Of a DNA stretch of 64,000 nucleotides, positions 53,274 to 60,624 are shown one piece after another (the first letter of the stretch is position 1; the number at the start of each line of letters is the position of its first letter). The translations under genes and the position numbers were made by a program. The stretch spans positions 192,001 to 256,000 of the forward strand of contig CAVUZH010000022.1 in assembly GCA_963745835.1 (NCBI GenBank), written 5' to 3'. The stretch comes from an uncultured delta proteobacterium (GTDB lineage: Bacteria; Desulfobacterota; Binatia; UBA9968). The notes beneath the pieces are model-generated. The model did no database searches and had not been told where the DNA came from. It worked only from the letters and a program-made list of their open reading frames with translations.

Positions 53274-54269
53274 ATGATAACAAAATTCTTTTGTCTTACC
53301 CTTAGCACTTTGCTCTTTGCACTTAGCTGTCCGGTCGAGGCGCAGCAGTCGAAGAAAATCCCTCGGATAGGTTATCTATCGCCGCTCGATCAAAGTCGCG
53401 AGTCCACCCGTGCCGGGGTAATTCGCCACGCGCTGCGCGAGCTTGGCTACATAGAAGGACAGAACATCGCCATCGAGTACCGATATGCAGAGGGGAAGCG
53501 TGATCGGTTCCCTGAACTCGCGGCCGAGTTGGTGCGTCTTAAAGTTGATGTCATCGTGGCAGCAGGAGGAGAGCCGTTGATCCGGTCTGCCAAGAATGCG
53601 ACCAAGACGATTCCCATTGTGATGACGGGCTCCGGGCCAGATCCTGTCGAGGCGGGCCTTATTGAAAACCTTGCCCGTCCAGGCGGCAACGTCACTGGGC
53701 TTACCTATCTTTCCACTGAATTAGGCGGTAAGCGGCTGGAGCTGCTCAAAGAAGCGTTAGCCAAATTGACTCATGTCGCGGTTCTCTACGATCCGGCCAC
53801 TCCGGGCACTGCACGCGAGGTCAAAGAAGACCTCCCAGTTGCAGCGCGCGCGCTGGGTTTGACGGTTCGCTCTTGGGAGGTACGAGACGCGGTCGGTTTG
53901 GAGAAAGTATTTGCTGCGCTAACCAAGGAGCGTCCGGATGGACTCTATGTGCCGCTCACGGGAGCACTAATGCGTGCTAACGGAAAACGGATTGCGGGAT
54001 TTGCGTTAAAGAGCCGGTTACCGTCCCTGTACGGCGACAAAGAAGGTGTGAACGCCGGTGGGCTCATGTACTATGGCGCGGACCTCGCGGACAGCTACCG
54101 GCGCGTCGCCACCTACGTGGACAAAATTTTAAAGGGCGCAAAGCCTGCCGATCTGCCGGTGGAGCAGCCCACAAAGTTCGAGTTGGTGATCAATCTCAAA
54201 ACGGCGAAGCAGATCGGCCTGACGATTCCGCCGAGCGTGCTGGCGAGAGCGGACAAGGTGATTAGATGA
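53274..54269 (+). CDS. ABC_sub_bind protein, copy 15
   Basis: Intact 331 aa. Confidence 0.9.
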   Translation: MITKFFCLTLSTLLFALSCPVEAQQSKKIPRIGYLSPLDQSRESTRAGVIRHALRELGYIEGQNIAIEYRYAEGKRDRFPELAAELVRLKVDVIVAAGGEPLIRSAKNATKTIPIVMTGSGPDPVEAGLIENLARPGGNVTGLTYLSTELGGKRLELLKEALAKLTHVAVLYDPATPGTAREVKEDLPVAARALGLTVRSWEVRDAVGLEKVFAALTKERPDGLYVPLTGALMRANGKRIAGFALKSRLPSLYGDKEGVNAGGLMYYGADLADSYRRVATYVDKILKGAKPADLPVEQPTKFELVINLKTAKQIGLTIPPSVLARADKVIR

Positions 54270-54301
54270 AAGGCGAGTCGAATAGCTTGATGGCTTCAGC
54301 T

Positions 54302-54760
54302 TCAAAGAAAGTCGGAAAGGACCAGAACTTGAACCGCGTCGAGCCTTTTCACTCGCTTATCGTTGGTCAAAAACAATGTGGCTTCCTCCTGAATAGCAGC
54401 GGCGAGTTGCAGAGCGTCGGGCAGGCGGATCGTGTAGCGTGCCCGAATGAGCGCCGCCGTTTCCGCCAGCTTCTCGTCAATCGGCGCCATGGAAAGCGAA
54501 GAGAAAGACTTGAGCGTGAATTTGATTTCGTCGGCGAGAGCAAAGTTTTTGTCGGCGAAGGGTTTTGTCAGAATCTCGGCCAATGTCACCGACGAGGTAA
54601 CGGCGCGCAGAGCATTATTTTCCAGCAAGGTAAATACCGGATCGAGGAGATCGGCGTAGGGAGCAATATCCTCGATATAATAAATGAACGGCGCGGTATC
54701 GAGGCCGATGATCTTGTGCTTTTCGACGGCGCGGCGAAGCTTAAGCGCGTTGCCATTCAT
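54302..54760 (-). CDS. vapC: PIN-domain VapC toxin
   Basis: IGLDTAPFIY, SSVTLAE, IRLPDALQLAAA, FLTND acidic PIN motifs. Confidence 0.88.
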   Translation of the reverse strand: MNGNALKLRRAVEKHKIIGLDTAPFIYYIEDIAPYADLLDPVFTLLENNALRAVTSSVTLAEILTKPFADKNFALADEIKFTLKSFSSLSMAPIDEKLAETAALIRARYTIRLPDALQLAAAIQEEATLFLTNDKRVKRLDAVQVLVLSDFL

Positions 54761-54989
54761 CGCGCAGCTTCTCGATATAGGCGTCGATCTTGGCTCGACT
54801 GCCCCAGGTCCCTTTGCCGAGACCGCGCAGGCGAGCCGTCGGGCTCTTGGGTTTAGGCCGGAGGACGATTTTGTCGCCTTCGACGACAGCGGCCAACCAA
54901 TCACCGGGCTTTAGTCCCAAGCTCTTACGGATCGCTTTGGAGATAACGATTTGTGACTTTTGATTGAGTTTTAGTACCGATTCCATCAT
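54741..54989 (-). CDS. AbrB/MazE/SpoVT-family antitoxin
   Basis: KSQIVISKAIRKSLGLKPGD..VEGDKIVLRP; overlaps the PIN gene start. Confidence 0.88.
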   Translation of the reverse strand: MMESVLKLNQKSQIVISKAIRKSLGLKPGDWLAAVVEGDKIVLRPKPKSPTARLRGLGKGTWGSRAKIDAYIEKLRDEWQRA

Positions 54990-55062
54990 GGTACTCCAAA
55001 AACCATACTTAGGGTAAATTTAACAGGCTTGGGTTACACCGTCAATCGAGCATTGTGATCAG

Positions 55063-56116
55063 ATGACAGCAGTCAGCGGTCAGCTATCAGCGGTCAGCAG
55101 GTTACCGGAGACAAAACCCGTAACGAAATCTATTCTTGTCTGGCTCCTGGCAACTATCTTTCTGCCGACTGCTCTTGTCGTCGAGGCGCAGCAGCCGAAG
55201 AAGGTCTTCCGGATAGGGTATCTATCGTCGTTCGATCCAGCTAGTCGACTCCCATGGCACCGAGGCAATTCGGTTGGCTCTGCGCGAGCGTGGCTACATC
55301 GAAGGACAGAACATCGTCTTCGAATACCGATATGCGGAGGGGAAGCTCGATCGGTTCCCTGAACTTGTGGCCGAGTTGGTGCGCCTCAAGGTTGATATCA
55401 TCGTGATAGCAGGAGGCAACGGGACGGTGCGGGCCGCCAAGAACGCGACCCAGACGATTCCCATCGTTATGGCGGGGATTCCAGCCGATCCTGTCGAGGC
55501 AGGTCTTGTTGAAAGCCTTGGCCGTCCCGGGGGAAACGTCACCGGGCCTACCTATCTTTCTACTGAATTAGGCGGTAAGCGGCTAGAACTGCTCAAAGAA
55601 GCGTTAGCCAAATTAACTCATGTCGCGGTTCTCTACGATCCCGCCACTCCGGGCACTGCACGCGAGGTCAAAGAAGACCTCCCAGTTGCAGCGCGCGCGT
55701 TGGGTTTGACGGTTCGGTCTTGGGAGGTACGAGACGCGGTCGGTTTGGAGAAGGTATTCGCTGCGCTAAGCAAGGAGCGTCCCGACGGAATCTATGTGCC
55801 TCTCACGGGCGCGCTGATGCGCGCCAACGGAAAACGGATCGCCGATTTTGCATTAAAGAGCCGGCTGCCGTCCCTCTACGGCGATAAAGAGGGTGTGAAT
55901 GCCGGTGGGCTCATCTACTATGGGGCCGACCTCGTGGACAGCTACCGGCGCATGGCCACCTACGTAGACAGAATTTTGAAGGGAGCTAAGGCCGCCGATC
56001 TGCCCGTCGAGCAGCCGACGAAGTTCGAGTTGGTGATCAATTTCAAGACGGCGAAGCAGCTCGGCCTCACTATTCCCCCTCAGTTACTGGCGCGCGCGGA
56101 CAAGGTCCTTAAATGA
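55063..56116 (+). CDS. ABC_sub_bind protein, copy 16 (frameshift near 55250)
   Basis: ORFs 55063 and 55274 join; C-terminal part nearly identical to copy 15. Confidence 0.85.
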
Positions 56117-57198
56117 TTTTCATTTTAAATTGCCGATTTTCGATTGAGGAAATAAAGCGCATGAGCAAAAGCTTTTCGCTTTTCGTTCTGCAATCTTGCT
56201 CTGACAATTTAAAACCGAAAATCCCAAATTTAAAATGCTATGGGATCGTTGTCATGGTTGTCACTTTCGTAATGTGTGGACCTGTGGCTCAGGCGCAGCA
56301 GCGCGGAAAAATGTCGCGGATCGGGATCCTGTTTTATGGCTCTCGGGATCAACCGCACCTACAATCCTTTCAGCAAGGACTATTTGATCTTGGGTATATC
56401 GAACGGAAAAACATTGCTTTTGAATACCGCTATGCGGAGGGAAACCCTGATCGTCTTGCCGCTCTCGCAGACGATTTGGTCCGGATCCCAGTCGATGTCA
56501 TCGTAACCACAACCGACCAGGGTGCCCGGGCGGCGGCCCAAGCAACGCGGACTATCCCCATCGTGTTGACAACGGGCGATCCGCTGGGCTCAGGCCTGGC
56601 TGCGACCTTGGCCAAACCCGGCGGCAATGTCACGGGGCTGACTGTGCTGTTAGCGGATTTGAGCGGGAAGCGGTTGGAGCTGCTCAAAGAGACTATTCCT
56701 GGCATTACTCGTATAGCCGTGCTGTGGAGCGCTGACAGCGCTGGTATTAGTGCTTTCAAGGAGACACAAGCGGCGGCATTGGGGTTTTCATTGCAGCTTA
56801 ACGCCTTTGAGGTCGATAGAGTCGGACAAATTGACAGGGTATTTTCAGAGATGCCGAAGGCGCGCACGCAAGCGCTGGTCGTGGTATTGAGTCCTTTAAT
56901 GACCCTCAATTCAAAGAGGATCGTAGATCTCGCGGTAAAAAATCGATTGCCTGCCATGTATGCCACCCGGCAATTTGTCGAGGAAGGTGGACTTATGGCG
57001 TACGGACCGAGTATTGGCGACTTGTATCGGCGCGCCGCTACTTATGTGGATAAAGTCTTAAAAGGTGCTGACCCGGCGGAACTCCCAGTAGAGCAGCCGA
57101 GGAAGTTTGAGTTCTTCATCAATATAAAGGCGTCAAAGCAGATCGGGCTGACGATTCCGCCCAATGTGCTGGCGCGAGCAGACAGGGTCATCAAGTAA
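56113..57198 (+). CDS. ABC_sub_bind protein, copy 17
   Basis: Intact; ATGA overlap; alternative start 56161. Confidence 0.9.
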   Translation: MIFILNCRFSIEEIKRMSKSFSLFVLQSCSDNLKPKIPNLKCYGIVVMVVTFVMCGPVAQAQQRGKMSRIGILFYGSRDQPHLQSFQQGLFDLGYIERKNIAFEYRYAEGNPDRLAALADDLVRIPVDVIVTTTDQGARAAAQATRTIPIVLTTGDPLGSGLAATLAKPGGNVTGLTVLLADLSGKRLELLKETIPGITRIAVLWSADSAGISAFKETQAAALGFSLQLNAFEVDRVGQIDRVFSEMPKARTQALVVVLSPLMTLNSKRIVDLAVKNRLPAMYATRQFVEEGGLMAYGPSIGDLYRRAATYVDKVLKGADPAELPVEQPRKFEFFINIKASKQIGLTIPPNVLARADRVIK

Positions 57199-57625
57199 CC
57201 ATCACAGAACCTAAAGCTTGCCGGCTTGCGACCCTGAGCAGCATGAACGCAGTCTCCTTGAACCTGAGGCCCGACTACCGGCTGAGGAACAGCTAAGACT
57301 GAAGCTGCGGCGACTCATCCAATCAAAAGACATCGTAGAGTTGGCGGGGCCAGCATTGACATTGTTGACAACATGGTTACGTTCAGACCTCCCCGAGAGT
57401 TACGACAACCATCTTTCGCTGATTGAGTCCATTTTCCACATCAGGTGCGAGGCACCAGCGACGAAATCATCGAGTTAGGCTCACCGATAGATCTTACCAT
57501 TCAGACGACGCATGCCCGGTGTTTGCGTTTAGTGCTTTATCTCTTATCGGCCACTAGGTAACGCGATTTTTACAGGAATAAGAGGAGTCCGGTCTTAGAC
57601 GCTATTGGAGGAACAAGAAGGTTCT

Positions 57626-57895
57626 ATGAAAAAGCTACTTATTCTGGCGGCTCTGCTCGTTTTGTTGCCGATTATCAGCGATGCGGCTGAGGTTCGCGGA
57701 GATAACCGAAAGGACGTAGCGCCTAGCCCAATCGTTGAACCCAAAGAGCGGAGAAATACAAGCATAACCTACGAGTCGATTCAACCAGACGCTATCCCTA
57801 ACAATATTGGACTACTCGGCCCGTCAAGGCAGGAAATTCACGATTTCCTTTATCCGACGCTCAACGATGGGAAAGTTGTAATACCAACCAACTAG
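57626..57895 (+). CDS. Small secreted hypothetical protein
   Basis: MKKLLILAALLVLLPIISDA signal peptide. Confidence 0.55.
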   Translation: MKKLLILAALLVLLPIISDAAEVRGDNRKDVAPSPIVEPKERRNTSITYESIQPDAIPNNIGLLGPSRQEIHDFLYPTLNDGKVVIPTN

Positions 57896-58283
57896 AATGG
57901 CGCGCAGGCCCGGGGAATCGCCACTAGGCCCAAATGACAAGACGCCAGTTTCAGATGAGGGCATGTACTTACGTTACCAAAAAAAAGGTAGCCGAAAATA
58001 TAACCCGTGGGTTCTACGTACTGAATGTTTTCTTATCAGGTAAAAAGGTTGTTGTTTAGTTCAGTATTGGACAGCAATCCCTCTACGGGAGATGCAAGGG
58101 TGAGCAAATCGACCCAAACGTCATACGGAAGTAGCGCTTTTCGACGTACGTTAGAGACAAAAAAGGGTCGCCCTTGAGGGCCTTCGTACCGCCAGGAGAG
58201 GTGGTTTTAAAGACCCCACCAAGGGAGGGAGGCCCCAACAGCCTAAGCGGCCACCCGAAGAATTTTGCGGTGGAAAAAACATC

Positions 58284-58490
58284 ATGATGATTGTGCTAGG
58301 TTACTTCCTTATTGCAGCAGGAGCCGTCATCGCAGCATCAGCGATCATCGGGTTTTTTCTTACTAACTTGCTGATTCTGTTGCTTCAGACGATTGATCGT
58401 TCTATCAGACTTTGCAGAGGTGCGGTCCCTGCGTTTTCTGCGCCCCATCGGCTTCTGAGAAAACTCCGTAGTTTAGAAAATCTGGCGTAA
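58284..58490 (+). CDS. Small hydrophobic membrane peptide
   Basis: 68 aa; long hydrophobic N-terminus, basic C-terminus. Confidence 0.45.
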   Translation: MMIVLGYFLIAAGAVIAASAIIGFFLTNLLILLLQTIDRSIRLCRGAVPAFSAPHRLLRKLRSLENLA

Positions 58491-58577
58491 GCGCTGCTTT
58501 AACAATCATGCCCAATTCGAGCAGCTAAGGGTGTCGCGAATAGCGGCCGGACTCTTCTCGGCGGCCGAATTAGGTGC

Positions 58578-58631
58578 GGTCTGACAATTCCGCCCAACGT
58601 TCTGGCGCGAGCGGACAGAGTGATCAAGTGA
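58578..58631 (+). repeat. Orphan 54-bp copy of the conserved binding-protein 3' tail
   Basis: Encodes [17 protein letters not shown] with no gene body upstream. Confidence 0.85.
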
Positions 58632-58757
58632 GAAGAGCCAATACTAGAAAGCCGAATTTAGGCCTCGCGCACCAAGTGAAACCATTTTCGTTTTAGTTTC
58701 GCTTTTCGATTCAAGGCTCCTGGCTGGTCAATGCATCGAGATTCTCAAAGGAAACAC

Positions 58758-59729
58758 ATGCGTAAAAATATCATCCTGACGCTGCTGCCCATTTTGATCC
58801 TTGCCTCAGTGCAATTCAGCCACGCTCAGCAAACAAAGAAAGCAACGATAGGAATTCTGACTCTCGCGTCCGACGACCCGTTAGTGAAGGTGCTTCGCGA
58901 AGGGCTGCGGGACCTCGGCTATGTCGAGGGACAGAACATCGTCTTCGAGCATCGCTATGTAGACGGGAAGGTCGAGCGCCTTTCCGATCTTGCCGCGGAG
59001 CTGGTGCGCATGAAGGTCGATGTGATCGTGGCGAGGTCCACGCCGGTCGTCCAGGCGGTCAAGAAGACGACGACCACGATCCCGGTCGTCATATCGGTTC
59101 CGGACTCGGTCGGCTCCGGATTCGTCGCCAGCCTGGCCCGACCCGGAGGAAATATTACTGGGACGTCCTCCATCATGCCGGAGCTGGCAGGCAAGCGGTT
59201 GGAGCTGCTCAGAGAAATTTTTCCAAAGCTTTCCCGGGTTGCCTTCCTGGCGCATGGAGGTGATTCGTCGCATCCCCAGTTTATCAAGGAGCTCCAGGAC
59301 GCGGCCGAGAGCGCCCGGCTTCAGGTTCAGCCCGTCGTGGTCAAGGGTCCCGAGGAGTTCCAAAGCGCTTTCGATTCCATGGAGCGAGAGCGGGCTGGCG
59401 CTGTGATCGTTCAGCCGCTTTTTGCCGGCGTTCTTGGAGTAGCGGGGCCGATCGCGGAGCTTGCGATGAAGAATCGTTTGCCGACAATCTCGGACGGACT
59501 TCGCTTTGCGGACGCGGGAGGCCTGATCTATTACGGGCCGGATCAGCTCGCATTGTGGCGGCGCATCCCTATCTATGTCGACAAGATTTTGAAAGGCGCG
59601 AAGCCGGAGGAACTGCCGGTCGTGCAGCCGTCCAAGTTCGAGCTGATGATCAATTTGAAAACGGCCAAGCAGATCGGTGTTACCATTCCGCCGAATGTGT
59701 TGGCGCGTGCGGACAAAGTGATCAAGTGA
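58758..59729 (+). CDS. ABC_sub_bind protein, copy 18
   Basis: Intact, family blocks. Confidence 0.9.
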   Translation: MRKNIILTLLPILILASVQFSHAQQTKKATIGILTLASDDPLVKVLREGLRDLGYVEGQNIVFEHRYVDGKVERLSDLAAELVRMKVDVIVARSTPVVQAVKKTTTTIPVVISVPDSVGSGFVASLARPGGNITGTSSIMPELAGKRLELLREIFPKLSRVAFLAHGGDSSHPQFIKELQDAAESARLQVQPVVVKGPEEFQSAFDSMERERAGAVIVQPLFAGVLGVAGPIAELAMKNRLPTISDGLRFADAGGLIYYGPDQLALWRRIPIYVDKILKGAKPEELPVVQPSKFELMINLKTAKQIGVTIPPNVLARADKVIK

Positions 59730-59942
59730 CAGGGCACTGCGCATTAAAGCTGTTCTTCTCTAAATTAATTTTATTAGGCGATCTCCTTTTTGGCGTTTCG
59801 CAGCAGTCGGCGAAGTATCACGAGTGGCTGGCTCTCACGCACGTATACTACTTCAGCCAGTGTCGGTTTTCATTTCTGCATAGAAGAATACTTACTATCG
59901 GACGCTGAATCTATTATTTCAGCAAACAAACGGCGGTCTACC

Positions 59943-60365
59943 ATGCAGGCTCAAGAAAAACCGTCACTATACGATCGACTTGGAGGTGTCTATAACATTG
60001 CTACCGTGGTGGATGATTTAATCGACAGAGTCATCGTTGGTGGGAGATTAAATGCTAATCCTCGGGTCGATGAAGCGCACCATCGAGTTTCACCGGCGGG
60101 CTTCAAGTACTTTGTGATCGAAATGGTTTGCTGGGCAGCTGGCGGTCCGCAAATATTCCGGCCGTTCCATGGGTGATTCACATCGCCATCTCATGATCAC
60201 CGAAGAAGAGTGGGAAGCCTTCATGGACGACTTTCAGCAGACATTGAATAAATTTGAAGTGCCGCAGCAGGAACAAGAAGACTTGAAAGCGATGTCGAAA
60301 GTACAAAGGAAGCCATCGTGGTACGACCGTTTCAGGAAGGAGCAGCGGCAAAAAATGATCAGTAA
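59943..60365 (+). pseudogene. Group 1 truncated hemoglobin, frameshifted
   Basis: SLYDRLGG..IATVVDD, CWAAGGPQ, MGDSHRHLMITEEEWEAF in successive frames. Confidence 0.78.
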
Positions 60366-60624
60366 CATAGATCCGGAGCAAACGCTTCAGCAGAACATGT
60401 ATTCCTGTTTCATAGTTGTTGCTCTACCCGCTTTGCTCCGTTGATGGCGACGATCGGCCGAAGCGTGATCATCCCGCTAACTTTGGATTTCTTCGTTGAC
60501 GCTATCAACCACCTGAAGTAAAACTCATCTCAGCCGGGGGGGACCTATTTTCCGCAGCGCACCCCGATTCTATCATCCATGTAGCTTCTTCTCCCCAATC
60601 GATATTGCCGTTTGATTTTTACTT

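Noticed and set aside
54266-54856. 196-aa plus-strand ORF
   Set aside because: Antisense to the well-supported VapC/antitoxin pair
38668-59729. Diversity-generating retroelement as the source of variation
   Set aside because: No reverse transcriptase and no template/variable repeat pair with adenine-only differences seen
38668-59729. Canonical integron
   Set aside because: No IntI-like recombinase in the window and no RYYYAAC...GTTRRRY attC pattern noticed at the junctions; only the architecture is analogous
38775-59744. Recurrent minus-strand ORFs ([10 protein letters not shown]..., MGTASLSSS...)
   Set aside because: Antisense shadows of the conserved binding-protein blocks
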